DNA of 64,000 nucleotides from Anthoceros angustus (GCA_010909165.1 MU008184.1:558001-622000), one strand, 5' to 3'. Shown: positions 1-13,009, counted from the first letter of the stretch. Translations and numbers: made by a program. The notes: generated by a model not told the origin, from the sequence alone.

Positions 1-1563
1 TTCACGTGGAACCGCCCGCGCAGAGCCGAAGCGGCAGGGTCCGCGAGCAGAGCGCGGGCACCAATGGCGGAGCGGGACGCTTCGCTGCGGCTTCAAAGGA
101 CAGGAAACCTTTCTTCCTTGCCGCAGGCGCTGGGCCGCCGCCGTCGCAAGCACCACTAGGCTTGCAATGCGGCCTGCAGCTCGTCGGGAAAACAACTCAA
201 CTCCCGTGGATGGCGAGCGGCATTCCGAGTCCCTGGATCGTGAAGTGGTTTTAAACATAAACAACCTCGTGCGCGCTCAATGAAGGTGGCCGGCAGAACA
301 GCGTGATACATCACTCACGCGATGAAGCAGCCTGCTCACATCTCCCCCTCTCATCACACGCACTTGGAAAGCGGAGCCTGGACAAAGCTTTGCACATGTT
401 GTTGCATGGCCTTCACAAGTCCAGAGACTGAACCTGTTTTGCCTGAATCAAATCAAATTTTGAGTCGAAAGTTGGAGCTGTAATTGCTAGCTTCCATTGA
501 CACAATCAAATTGAATCTTGAAGAGACTGGATCAAAACTTCTGGAACCTTTCCATTCACTCACATGCCCTTTTTGCAAGGCAATGAGGAGGACTAAACAG
601 ATTCAATTCAGACTTCTACCGCTCCATTTTCATTTCTACATTATCAACTGTGTATATCGACACCATACATATTTGCAAACACTCCAGTCGCGCTCAACTT
701 TAACAAGATTCAACGTGTTCTGCGCTATCGTAACCGTATTTGCAAACAGCCCAGTCGCTCTCAATTTGGACAAGATTGAACGGTCGCGTCGTGCGAGACC
801 CATGATGTCTGTTTACATATTTCCTTCTTCCGAGACCGTTGGGTTCATGCATGATTTTGAGGTGATCATCAATACAGTAATTTTTGCTTTACCTGTTAGG
901 TAGTATAGTAGCTGTGAGGAGATTTTTTGATCGCATTGAATGAGGTATGTGAAGATAGTATAATCTGAAAAATTCTGAACGTCTTAGGACAGATTGAGGT
1001 CCTTCCTGACCCTGACAAGACTCAAGGGTAACATTCACCGTGGATAGCCAGGCTTGCCATGTATTCATGTTAAGGCTTGTGCAAGGTGTATATGCAAGCG
1101 GCAGGTAGTTAACGCTATGGGAGATTCTCAGGAAATGCAATCTCAATCTTGAGCATTTCCAAAGGTCAGATGATGTCGCAGGAGGCATAGAAGACGCGGC
1201 GTGTAGACTCTGGACGGAGGATAAGATGAAAGACGCGTGGGGTGGATGGAATTTCCGAATCCAGGCTGAAGCACTTGGAATTCATCACAGTTTTGCTGGA
1301 TGGGATGAAACAGAGCAAGGTTCCTCAAGGCGCGGGATCTGAGTTTTGATTACTCCAATTCAAAGTTGAAAAAAATTTGAAAACTTGTCGTAGAGAAGAG
1401 GGATGCTCTTGTCTGCGGCCAAGCGAAATCTCGACGGGCTGAATGTGGCACGCGCAGGCCCGGCGAGGGCATGAGCATGCTTCCGTGACGCAACCTCCGC
1501 GCGAGCAGGATCCATGATTCCAGGTCGTCCAGCGCAGCGCAAGGGCGAGGTCACGCAACTCGT

Positions 1564-1776
1564 CTAATGGTGTTTGCGGCGGCGACGGCGGCGGCGGCGG
1601 CGACGTCGTCTACCCTTCTTGGGGCCCTTGGCGTGACGGCGTCTGCGCCTCCTTCTCCGCCTCTTGATGTGCCTCCGGCGCCGTCTCTTGTGGTGCTTGG
1701 TCACCGCGACTCCGTGCTTCCTGTGCCGCCTCCTGTGCCTCACAGGATGCGCCGCGTGCGCTGTGGCGACGTCCAT
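1564..1776 (-). CDS. Protamine-like / sperm nuclear basic protein candidate, 70 aa (MDVATAHAAHPVRHRRRHRK...RRRRRRRRRRRRKHH)
   Basis: ATG in good context (GCAGCCATGG) at 1776, TAG at 1564. 31 Arg, 8 Lys, 11 His and 1 acidic residue. Arg runs of 5, 9 and 12 use mixed codons (AGG, CGG, AGA, CGC, CGT, CGA). Intronless. Confidence 0.6.
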   Translation of the reverse strand: MDVATAHAAHPVRHRRRHRKHGVAVTKHHKRRRRRHIKRRRRRRRRRHAKGPKKGRRRRRRRRRRRRKHH

Positions 1777-1838
1777 GGCTGCCGATGTCCCCGTCCCAGG
1801 AAGGGGAAAGTTCGTTCCAGAGGCCAGCCGACGCGTCC

Positions 1839-1898
1839 TTTTAAGCCCGCCCAACCGTCGCGTTGCTCCCATTGGTGCGCGCGGTTACCGCACGGATC
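1839..1898 (-). promoter_or_regulatory. Putative promoter of the Arg-rich ORF: TATA-like CTTAAAA, CCAAT box, octamer-like CACGGATC
   Basis: On the minus strand, CTTAAAA (1839-1845) lies ~63 bp upstream of the ATG and CCAAT at 1871-1875. CACGGATC (1891-1898, + strand) is one base from the plant histone octamer CGCGGATC. Confidence 0.3.
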
Positions 1899-3348
1899 GC
1901 GTCCCGTGCCGTCCCCGTCCCCGTCCCGTGCGGTTTAATTAACCCCTGGTTTCATGTCAATTTGTTGAACCTCAGGTTTAGTTCATGATTCAGGATTTCG
2001 CAAAGCGAGGTTTGCTCAGGACTTCCCTACGCTTTTTCTGTTTCGGAGGACGGCAAATCTTGGGCAGACCTTCCAAGACGCTGCTTCCCCCTGGATCTCG
2101 ACCTCCGGGTGTTTCAGTGGAACATCAAATTGTTGAAATCACAACCCAGAAACATGAAACATGACATGTCACTTGGCCATGTCTAATGTAGCTAGCAGGC
2201 TGTATGTGCAAAAGTTGGTGCGACAACCACGTGCAGAATCTGGAATTCATGTCAGCACCCATGTTCTCACACCTTTGCAGTGGTTGCTACCGACGATGAC
2301 CACTCCAGCCGGCCGCGGATTGAGCAGCCTAATGACAGCCTGTGTGACACTGACGGAGCTCCTGCCATGGCTTCCACACCAGTCCTTTTGCTCGTCTGTC
2401 CTTGCAGGTATGCATGCCATGCCTCATCTAATGCAAGATATCGTTCTTAGATTCAAGAGTGCTGTGAGTTCGTAGTTTTCTCCAGATTCTGCATACCTAT
2501 TAAACAATACCAGTCTTGGTGCATTGTCTCGTAGGTAGGTGGTCGGTGTGTTCGATGTAAGTAGAGTTAGCAGACGGAGCGACCGTGTTGGGAGACGTTT
2601 GTTCCCATGATGATGATGCTGACGCAGGGCCCAGTGCCTCCTGATGTATGCCGAACAGAGCACCAGCTGGCAAGCTTGCAGACGGTGCCGAGGCTTCCAT
2701 TGGGAGCATTATTGGGCGAAAGCACAAAGAACCTGGACAAGCCGTATCATGGGTAGGATTCTCTCAGACAGTCACAAGAGCTGGGAAAGCAAGTGCGGAA
2801 AAAGCGCGGACCAATTGGAAATCCTGTTCTCAGGTGTGCTGCGGTGCTGCTGATGGCATTTATATATCCGATGTACAGCATTGGACGATTCTGCTTGGAG
2901 TTCCCGGCAGAGGCTGCAGGACAGCTTACACGTGGGATGCTCTGAGCGGCTGCCATGGCTGCCATGGTGACCACCGCCGAAAGAGAGCAAGGTGAAGACC
3001 GAACTTGGCAGTCCAACTTGCAGACCCGGTCATGGCAGCGGCAGCGGCATCCTCGGCACCGTGGGAGACTGGTAGCACCCGGTGACCGTCTCGCTGTGCG
3101 CTCTGCACTGGTGCACTGGTGCACTGGGCAGTATCGCCTTCTCCAGGCTGCTTCCGTCTCCTGCAAGCCCTGCTGATGGCCACGGCGCGGAGGATCCTAA
3201 CCACAGCACCTTTAAATCTGGCACGGTGAAAGAGGTGAGGGGGAGCTCGCTCGCAATCTTAGCGGGCTGTTGGGCTGGTCCAGGAAGGCCGCCTATCTGT
3301 ACAGCCGGAGACTGGACAGCTCCAGAGGCCGAGAACTCTCCGGAATCC

Positions 3349-5736
3349 ATGGCAGAATGCAGGTTCCGGAAGTGGGCGGTCCTGGTCCTGGTCCTGGGCC
3401 TGGCCTTGGCCCTGCTGGCTGCGTTTGCAGCCGCCGATGACCCCTCGCAGCTGGTGGCCGGCCTGCCCGGGCAGCCCGCCGTGGGATTCAAGCAGTACGC
3501 AGGCTTCATCGACGCGTTGCCGGGAAGCCACTTGTTTTACTGGTTTGTGACGGCGCAGAACGGAGATCCCACCACCCTGCCTGTCACATTCTGGTTCAAC
3601 GGAGGTCTGTGCAGCAAGCCAGTCTTGCATTGGGGAAAAAGGCTGTAGCTTGGGGAAGTGGATTTCTGATCAGAATCGCTCCCATTGCCACTGGAATGGG
3701 TTTCTTGTCGCAGGGCCGGGATGCTCGTCCCTCGGGAACGGCGGATTGAGCGAGCTCGGACCATTCTACGTGAACAGCACCGGGGACGGGCTGTTCCTCA
3801 ACGAATTCGCCTGGAACCAAGGTGATTGCAGTTCTATGCCAGCTTGCAGAGCAAGATTTCGGCAGAATTGTTTGAATGCCGTGCATGTTGGGATGGGTTC
3901 AGTCCATTGTCGAAGCAGGCTACATCAATTCAGTTGTTTTTGTTGCTGCTGCTGCGGCAGATGCGAACATCGTGTTTGTGGAATCGCCCGTGGGTGTGGG
4001 CTACTCCTACTCTGACAACACCTCGGTCTACGAATTCTCCAATGACAATCAGACAGGTGATTGTGCTCAACCCGGCAGACGTTGCTGAAATTCTCGAGAC
4101 AAGGAGAGAGCGGCAGTGGGTGAAGGCATGCGGTAGTAGCTGTCTAGGTGTGTCCACTGTCCAGATTGAGCTGATGCCATGGCGGTGATGAAACGTGTGC
4201 AGCGGAGGATGCGCATGCGTTCCTAGTAGGATGGTTTAAGAAGTTTCCTGAATATGCCCAGAACGAGGTCTACCTCGCCGGGGAAAGCTACGCCGGTAAG
4301 CGACGACTGTTCTGGGTGCACGACAAAGTGATTATGTGGTTGGTGCGTGTGAGACTGACATGCTCTGAACGCTGCCCAGGACACTACGTTCCACAACTGG
4401 CACTCAAGGTGGTACAGTACAATGAAAACGGAGGTTTCTACATCAATCTCAAGGGCTTCCTGGTACAGTCCCCACCAGCCTCGCAAAGCTCATGTTCAGA
4501 ATTGTTTCCACAACCACGCTTTTCACCCTCCTCCATCCTTATCCTCTGCTGCACAGGTGGGAAATGCGTGGACGGACCCTTACAGCGACAACAAGGGAGC
4601 TGCTCAGTTTTACTATACTCATGCCTTGATCTCGGAAAGCACCTACACCACCTTGCTTCAGAACTGTGATTTTGCCCACGACTTGCCAGTGGACCAGTCA
4701 GAGGTGAACCAGACCTGCACAGATGCTTCTAATCAAGCCTTCAACGTTGACATGGGTGAGATCGACATATACAACATTTACGGTCCTTATTGCACCGGCA
4801 GCGTAGGAGGAGCGATGAGAGCCCCCACCGCACAACAATCGAGTTTCTTGAGGGTAGGAGGCGCTAGCCATGTGCAGGACTTCACATCCCGCTTACAAGT
4901 GCCATGTTTCTGATCGATCCTCACTTGCTGTTGCCGCAGAGAAATCTGTTTCTGCAGGATCCGTATCCTGATCCCTGTGCGGATCCCATTACACCCTACT
5001 TGAATCGAGACGACGTTATCAGTGCATTTCATGCCAGCAATTATACCACTGGCTATTGGACTGGCTGCAGGTACTTGAACTAACCCATGAGCCCTATTAT
5101 GTTTGACGTCGACCTTCTCTTGTCCAGATGCAGAGCTGATGCCTAAATTTGCGTCCGCAGTTCGGTAGTGAACGGGCAATACAGCAGGAATGATATCACA
5201 ACCTCAGTGCTGCCGGTTTATCGGACATTGCTGACCAAGGGACTCAAAATCTGGGTCTTCAGGTAAGGAAACAGACCTATTGCAGGCTGGCAGCATTCTC
5301 ACGACACATTGCTGGTTGGAATGCTTACTGAACAGTTCTGTCCCCATGCAGTGGCGATGTTGATGGAATTGTCCCCGTTCTATCCACGCGCTTCTGGCTG
5401 AGAAGACTCCACCTTCCAATTCAGACACCTTGGTATGCTTGGAATCATACCACGCAGGTAACGCATACCAGACCTCTTCTTGACCGCACGTACTACCCAA
5501 ATCCGTAACTGCCTGCTGCATCAGCACACGGATGGTGGGATGAGTTTGCTGACAAGATGGGGACGGTGTCATTGCAGGTGGGAGGATGGACAGAGCAGTA
5601 CCAAGGACTCACCTTTGCCACAGTGCGCCAGGCTGGCCACATGGTCCCATTAACGCAACCAGAAAGAGCTCTGGATCTCTTCCAACATTTCCTGAAAGGC
5701 GAGCCCCTTTCACCGTTTTCTAACACTCACAGCTAG
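3349..5736 (+). CDS. SCPL: Serine carboxypeptidase-like protein (peptidase S10), secreted, ~10 exons
   Basis: Signal peptide, then QYAGFI, LFYWF, WFNGG|[32 protein letters not shown] (Ser), SGDVDGIVP (Asp), AGHMVP (His). All are joinable by short GT-AG introns; stop TAG at 5734-5736. Confidence 0.93.
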
Positions 5737-5933
5737 AACATTTAAAACCTCTGTACTGTTCTACAAACCAGACAGCGATCATTCTGTCTAGGAAAAGGGC
5801 GCTATTTGCACCCGACTATTGACTATTCCCTAAATCAAAGCACTCTGAAGAGCACAAGCTCTCAGCTTTATTGTGAGTTCGCCTTGGGCTGAAGGAATTT
5901 CTTCGAATCCTGCTTCTGAGAAGGGACCTCAAT

Positions 5934-8063
5934 TCACAGCCACTCACCGCTGCGCAGACCTTGCAGGAGCCTCAGATAGCCTTGCTGATCAGGTGTGATA
6001 TACCTGGTACATGCACAAGAACGGAGCACATCAGACGCGCTTCTGCTGGCATGTTGATGCTCTGCATGTGCAGATTGACACAGTCACGGGCAATGGTAAT
6101 CGCAGAAGACACACCCGTGACGGATAAGGAAGTCAATCAAGACAAGAGCGCAGTTGGGCTTATAGCTCTGGGTGGTGCGGAGGATCTTTGCTACTTCCGT
6201 GACAGGTAACAACATGAAACTCTCTACTTCGCCATCTGCAGTCACCACAAACTTCAGAAGACCAAGCCTATGACATGGGCGTAACCTTGACCACCAAACA
6301 CCTCTTAGCTGAGCTTCACCTTTATTAAAAGGGGTAAAATCCACAGGAAGTTCTAAGTCATAGCAGAAAAGGACATCTCGCTTGTAGATTTGCCCAGAGA
6401 TGGTTTCGTAGCTAACAGCTCCCACAGCCGCAGCCCTGGACACAGCAAACATTAGACAAGTACTTAGCTTCTCGAACGAAAGAAAACTGCAACAGAGACC
6501 AGCAATAGCAGGATAACTCCGGGCACTAACCTGATAGCCAGTGAATCTGGAATTCCTGCCTCCTCTTCACATTCCTTGAGGAGGTTTTCACGACAGCTCA
6601 ATCCCTGGGGCTGCACATCAGCGAGTTTGTGGTTAGACTCTGACATTTTCAGCTCCTTGTGTGGTGATCCCACTGAAAACCGTCCGCAGTCAGATTAGGT
6701 TGGTCTTAACCTGACCACCGGCAACAAGATGATCTAGCATTCCGGGGAACGTTTGTTTAGTGGCACTTCGTCGTGCAACCCATAGATGCTTTTCCCCATT
6801 GCGAATGACATAGCCATTCATGTGTACTCCGTAGGCCTGCACATGCACGAGCAGGAACCTCTGGTAAGCAAAGACAAACTTTCACCTTCACATGTGCCAC
6901 ATGGAAATGTGGAAAAATCACCTTGGTGCCGAAAAATGGAACAGCAGCTCGCTCCAGAGCGAGCAGAGGTGATGCTCCAAAACTTGGCACAACTGACAAG
7001 AGCTGTTGACAAGCCATGGCATGTTACTGGCTTCTGGTTTCAACAATCTAGACGACCTCGACGTGCATCTTCCCTGACATACCTCATTACGCCAGCCAGG
7101 AATCAGACCTTCACTTCTCAGCACCTGCAAAACTTGGGCCACTGCCTGGGTACGTTCTTCTGGATCACGGAGGCCAGGATCCAGGGCAAGCACTGTCTTG
7201 CCCAACATTTGCCCGTCCTCCGAAACAGAAAACACGTCGGGAAAACTCCTCAGATGTTCCGCAAACCTAACGCCAAAATGCCCAGCATTCTTAGGTCCAA
7301 GTCCCGATCATCATGCCCCTGCCCTCCATCAAATAAATGAAGTGACAAGAGGCACCTGGAGGACGAAGAATTGCCCCAGCAGTAAGGGCCCTACCGCGGG
7401 TGAACAAATCCGACGCCATTGCCGTCCACCACAAAAGGGATAAACTCCGCTGCGTGTTCCTGCGTAAACTCATTTCCCCACCCTCCAGTCTGAGCACGTA
7501 ACAAAACAACCCTTCCAGACCAAGATAGGAGACAAGAACAAACTGGGCCAGGGGAGTGCGCCACATACAATGCCACTGTTGCACACAAGCACATGCTCCA
7601 TGTAATCATCCAACCCCTCGCCCTCCTGCCCATCAAATCCTGCGACTTCCATCTCCCGAGTCGTAGCCTTTGGTAATCCAACCGACCTGACGCAACTCGG
7701 AACCACATTCCGCAAACTCGTATCTGCATTACCCCTCGGGAGGGAGTGCTGCATAGCCACCCCCGTGGCTCCCGCAAACCGAAGAACCCCTAATCTAGAA
7801 CCCACCAAATGACTCCCAGGCCCAGTAGAGTTAAACCATCGGACAGCCATGCTCCGATTCGGTGGCACCACACCCGCAGCCATCTGGGTGGTAAACCTTG
7901 CTCGCTCGATTTGTGAGCAAATCCTAGACATCGTACGGACTTGCTTGCCTGCCCTACGGTGCAGTCCGACACAATGTAGATAACAACATTCAATCCTGCA
8001 ACAAGACGAACTGCGGAAGTGCACAGAGCCCACAGAGTCTCTCACGCTTTCCTTGCTGATCAT
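5934..8063 (-). CDS. Plastid-type Nudix hydrolase (NUDX20/24-like, multi-exon)
   Basis: Exons encode [65 protein letters not shown], Nudix box [42 protein letters not shown] and [12 protein letters not shown]-terminus is long and transit-peptide-like. Start codon is uncertain. Confidence 0.88.
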
Positions 8064-8493
8064 GAAGTGGCAACAAAATACCTAGATGCTCTTGCACATC
8101 CGTTTCGGCCTAACCTCTTCTGCTGGCTTCGAAGATGCCAAGTGTGAAGTCACCTACATGGACCCCGGTACAGAGCGTGTCTCGCGAAGCCCGCTGTTAG
8201 AAGCCGGGTGACCGGCTGTGGCCCGGGCGAAGGACGAAAAGCAAGCGGCTCGAACAGAAGAAGCCGGCCTGCGTCGGGAAGCCTCGCCTGCAGCCAGGTC
8301 TGTCGCGCCACTTGGCGTTCAGCTGGCGCGAGGCCGCCAGGACAGAGATCTCGCGCACTTCCTGCATGAGCTCAGCCGCGATGAGCCTCAGCCATCATCT
8401 CAAGTCCGCCATCTCGCAATCGCAACAGCTGCAGAGCAGAGTCGACCGCGAGGCGAGTTTTTCCACGATTTCACAGCTCCAGCAGCGACGGCG

Positions 8494-9139
8494 ATGGCGG
8501 CACCCGCTCGACTGGCCCTTGTGGCTTTCGTGAGCCTGGCAGCGGCGGTGTCCCTGGTGGCCTGCAGCGACCCCGACATCCTGACCGACTTCGTGACGCC
8601 TGAGGGCGTCAACCCGGGCTCTCTCGACGGCAGGTACTTCACGTACCAGCGCCTCCGCTTCGCCGTCAATGCCACGCAGGCCAAATTCGGGGCCGCCAAG
8701 GTGTCGCAGACGCAGTTCGGTGGGCGTGTCGGTGGCGCTGCTGGAGTTTCCCCTGCAGACTCTGAAGGCGCCGCACACTCACCCGCGCGCCACCGAGGTC
8801 CTGTTCGTTCTGGACGGCTCGCTGCAGGTGGGCTTCGTCGACACCAACAACACGCTCTACACGCAGACGCTCTTCGAGAGCGACCTGTTCGTGTTTCCCA
8901 AGGGCCTGCTGCACTTCCAGTACAACGTCGGCACCGTGCCCGCCCTCGCCTACTCCTCCTTCAGCAGCGCCAGCCCCGCCACCGTGAGCGTCCCGTCTTC
9001 CCTCTTCGGAACCGGGATCGATGACGTCGTCCTGGAGAAGGCCTTCAAGGTGTCGGCCGACATTGTGCACCAGCTGGAACTTCCTTTCCAGGACACCACC
9101 CCCTCTCCTGCGGCTGCTCCCGCTCCCAGCCCCGTCTAA
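8494..9139 (+). pseudogene. Germin-like protein copy 1, frameshifted
   Basis: Signal peptide, SDPDILTDF, HTHPRATE and FPKGLLHFQYN are present. A ~14-nt deletion at ~8718 relative to copy 4 (cagttc[ccggccctgacggggc]tggg) shifts the frame. Confidence 0.85.
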
Positions 9140-9789
9140 GATTTCGCGCCCGGTGACCTGGTATTCTTCTGCACATTGGCTTGCAGATCGTCCACACAAA
9201 CTCAGATACTGGTTTCCTTCCACTCTGCTCCGCTCCCCTCTCCACACCCAGCGCAAGCTTCCAGGTGATGGATGCAGGCGAGCTCGTCAAGTTGGAGCCC
9301 GCTGGGGGGCAATAAATTTTTAATTTTCCCCACATTCTTTTTTGTTTAGTCACTTAGTTTCAAATTAATAGAATTTGATGTGGATGACATATTTTTAAAA
9401 TTGATAGTTGAGTGTACACAAATATCAAGACTCTTTTGCATGGGAGAAAAAAAGCCACACTCCTCACTAGTGGTTGTTGTAGAGGTGAAGGATGATGTTC
9501 CTCATATCATCATAAATAATGGTGGGGATGCTCGCAAAGACGAACTACCACTACCTAGTAATACACCTCTAATCACTAGTAAAGATCAAACGCGAAGATC
9601 TTCAAACAAGAAGGAGAAAAAGAAAATGCTGGAACAAATCCCCTAACACAGATAGTCTCTCAGGCATTTTAAGGCATTAAGAAATTATTATTTTGATCAT
9701 GACAATGTTGCTAAGGAAAGAGATGTGGGTGAGAACTCAAAATCAATGAGTGTCAATCAAATACTAACTATTGTCATGGAAAGGACAGA

Positions 9790-11725
9790 ATGGAATACAG
9801 TAGGCCAAAGCAGTTATTTGGCACCTCTTCAAAGAGAAGAAATTTTGCAAATCAAACTTTTGGAAGAATCTCTAGTTCCTATCATTTCAAGGGATGCAAA
9901 TCTTCTCCCAGAACTCAAATCAACTTATCAAGAGGATGTCGACTACCTTTTCATCCTATGGCCACAACTTATAGGAAGCATAGATCCTTGTTTTCAGCAA
10001 CAAAGATTGCAAGGACATCTAGTGTTCTGACTGAAACAGTTTTATTAAAATATTTGGAACAATTTACAAAAGGAAACAAAGAAACAAGCAATTTAAATAC
10101 AATAGGATTGAACAATACACGCTTACAACATGGAATTCGTAATAAAAGCACAGATTTTTCTCTTGAAAAGGTCGCACATATTACGACTGGAAGGATTTTG
10201 ACAAACTTCCGGAGTGGAATTGCAAAGAATGTGCTAAACACCAAAGCTCAATACCCACTAGTTGAAAAGCTTGAAGACATAAAGACACCTCGTTGGTGTC
10301 TAGGGTCAAATAGATACTTCATCTACAATTCAAGAGATTGTAACCATTTTAGACACTCTGGCCCGTTCAAATTTCAAGAACATTTCGGCTTAAAGGCTGG
10401 CTTTAACAATAAAATCTCTCAAGCTGAATTGAACACCTCTAGTAACTTCGAAGCTGTAAACGCTTTCTTGAACGCTGCTCAGTTTGAAGAAAATCTTGAG
10501 TATGTTCAGAGTGCATGGGCAGCCACTCCTAGACATTTAAAACAGCATAACAGAAATGCAACGATGCTAGACATTTTAGAGGTTCAACCTCATATGTCCA
10601 ACATGAAAGCTCTGTGCCTTCAGCAAGAGGTACCAAGTGCACTCATGCTATTGCCTGATCATTTTCATGGCTTCAGTACAAGTACCAGTGCTCAAGTTTC
10701 CAAGCGTACCAGGTACCATTTGAGCACATGGCAGGAGCCACTTCGGAGGTTTAGAGGGGATTTTATGTTAGATACTTGCAATTCACTGTTTCTCAGCTGC
10801 CACCATGGTATATCAAAAAGAAGCTTGTCTGCAAATGGTAAGGTCTCGAAATTCCAATCGAGCCCGAAGTTTTTCCTCTATCCAAAAACTTGGGGAACAC
10901 ATTCAAGCAACCTTTCTGGATCACAGAGTATTGACGGTCGTTCGTTCGAGCCTCCTGTTCTTTCTGGTAGTCAGGTCGATTCCTGTAAAGAAGACGTGAG
11001 AATTTCAGTGTGGTGGGATTTTGAAAATTGTGGAGTTCCTCACGGTATCGACGCTCACAAGATTGCTCTTAACATACTGAACGGACTGCGAGCAAGTGGT
11101 TTTAGAGGGCATGTTTCAATATTCGGCTATGGTGACGTGCTACAATTATCTCGAAACATTCAGCTGGCTCTAAGTTCCACGGGCATTCAACTACATCACA
11201 TACCATCTGGTAAAGCCCACAATTAACACATGAGGTTCTTGCATTGTGCACTGTAGGTGGTGTTTTGTTCCATTTGCTGCTCGAGCGGTACAAGTTTCTG
11301 AACACCTCCATCTCTCCTTGACACCTCATGTCCCTATTGGAACAGGGGGCAAGAAGGAATCAAGTGATAAGGCCATCCTAGTTGATTTAATGTTGTGGAC
11401 GATGGATCACGCACCACCTGCACATGTTTTTCTGATTTCAGGGGATAAAGATTATGCTAGCGCCTTGCATAAGCTCCGCATGAAAAACTATAACATCATG
11501 CTGGCTTGTCCCTTTGGGGTTGCAATATCCCCTGCACTTCTTATGGCTGCAAGCTGTGTTTGGCAGTGGAATAGTCTAGTGAAGGGCCAAGGCTTACAAG
11601 CTGCTACAAGTTTCGACCAGAGAAGGGTTCACGAGCCTCAGGACGGTAATGACTCGTCGGTGCAACCTGCTTGCAAGGAGGAGTTGTTTGAAGACGACAA
11701 GAAAGTGAGAAGCGGGTTTGGGTGA
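9790..11725 (+). CDS. NYN-domain (PIN-like) putative ribonuclease, 2 exons (to 11209; 11346-11725). True start may be ATG 10564 or 10604
   Basis: VRISVWWDFENCGVP...YGD...LSSTGIQLHHIPSG|GKKESSDKAILVDLMLW...VFLISGDKDYASALHKLRMKNYNIMLA. The acidic NYN motifs are intact and the intron is GT-AG. Confidence 0.85.
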
Positions 11726-12382
11726 CATGTCGAGTACGCGACTATTCAAGGTTTGATGACATAGCGGTCGCCCTGCGGAAAGCTGGTTGTCATGAGACGT
11801 CCTGTCCAAGATCTCTGTCTTTGGAGAAAGAAAGACGTTTGCTTCTAGGGCAACCTTAAACCATGGCTACAAGGAGCCTCTGCCTTTGTGGAATTCGCGC
11901 AAGCTTGCTGCTCAAACTTTTTCAAGAAAATCGTATAGCCAACAGAATGCTCCGTTTCTGAGTGCAGAACCACTTCTATTTGTAACGTTCAGTTTAAGGT
12001 CAAGGACAGGGTCGAGAGAGTGAACAGAGACGCAGATGAGGAGCCGATCGGTGTTGTTGAGGTTGCTTTATCGTCTTGTCCGCCGTGGCGCCGATGCCAA
12101 GAAATCAGCGCATCAGGACCACTTCGATGCGTATCGTTCCCCAGGTTGCAGTCCCGAGTTCTGGCCATGTAACAAGGTTGTTTCGAGGAACCGGGCATGG
12201 TGCATCGAACAGGGACACGCAGCTGACGGTGACGGCCATGGACAGCATATCCGCACATTCAGGGCGGTCCTCAGGAACATAAGATGTACAACTTGACGAG
12301 AAGCAGCAGGAAGTGCAGTTCATGCATCGCAGGCTACCAGTACTTGTATCACAGAAGCAAATCTATCTGATCATCACTGCAA

Positions 12383-13009
12383 GTGCAGCAGCAGGTGAGC
12401 AATGGCGGCTTCGGGAATGTACCTGGTACCGCGACGGTGTCCCTGGTACCGTGCAACGACCCGGACATCCTGACGGACTTCGTGGCGCCTCCGGGAGTCG
12501 ACCCGAAGTCGCTCAACGGGAGCTTCTTCGTGTTCAGGGGCCTCCGGCACGCCATGTCGGAGATCCAGTTCCCGGCCCTGACGGGGCTGGGAGTGTCCAC
12601 GGCGCTGCTAGAGTTCCCGCCGCACACACTGAACCCCCTGCACACTCACCCCCGCGCTACCGAGGTCCTGTACGTGCTGGAAGGCAGACTGCGGGTAGGG
12701 TTTGTGGACACCAGCAACAAGCAGTTGCTGGAGAACCAGGGGGCTGGCGACGTCTTCGTGTTCCCTAAGGGCCTGCTGCACTTCCAGTACAACCCCGCTA
12801 CCGTCCGCGCAATCGCGTACGCCGCCTTCAGCAGTGCCAGCCCCGGCACCTAGAGCGCCCCCTCCGCCCTCTTCGGATCCGGCATCGATGACATCGTCCT
12901 GGAGAAGGCCTTCAAGGTGTCGGCCGACATCGTGCACCAGCTGGAACTCCCTTTCCTGGGCATCACCCCCGGCTCTCCCTCGACTGCCCCCGCTGCCAGC
13001 CCCGTCTAA
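12383..13009 (+). pseudogene. Germin-like protein copy 2
   Basis: Metal box HTHPRATE is intact, but the signal peptide is eroded, ~13 codons (INASQPKFGASKV) are deleted, and there is an in-frame TAG at 12851-12853. Confidence 0.85.

Noticed and set aside
1-1330. Short ORFs and an ATG-less open frame 1111-1345 (LWEILRKCNLNLEHF...WGGWNFRIQ)
   Set aside because: Could be exon fragments, but I found no recognisable motif or consistent splice model.
1567-1942. Plus-strand Ala/Pro-rich and Arg/Cys-rich ORFs (123 aa, 92 aa)
   Set aside because: Antisense shadows of the Arg-rich minus-strand ORF; low complexity with no domain.
2161-3200. Cluster of overlapping 70-140 aa ORFs, including a transit-peptide-like MAAMAAAQSIPR start on the minus strand
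   Set aside because: No family motif and no convincing exon chain; may be UTR or promoter of SCPL.
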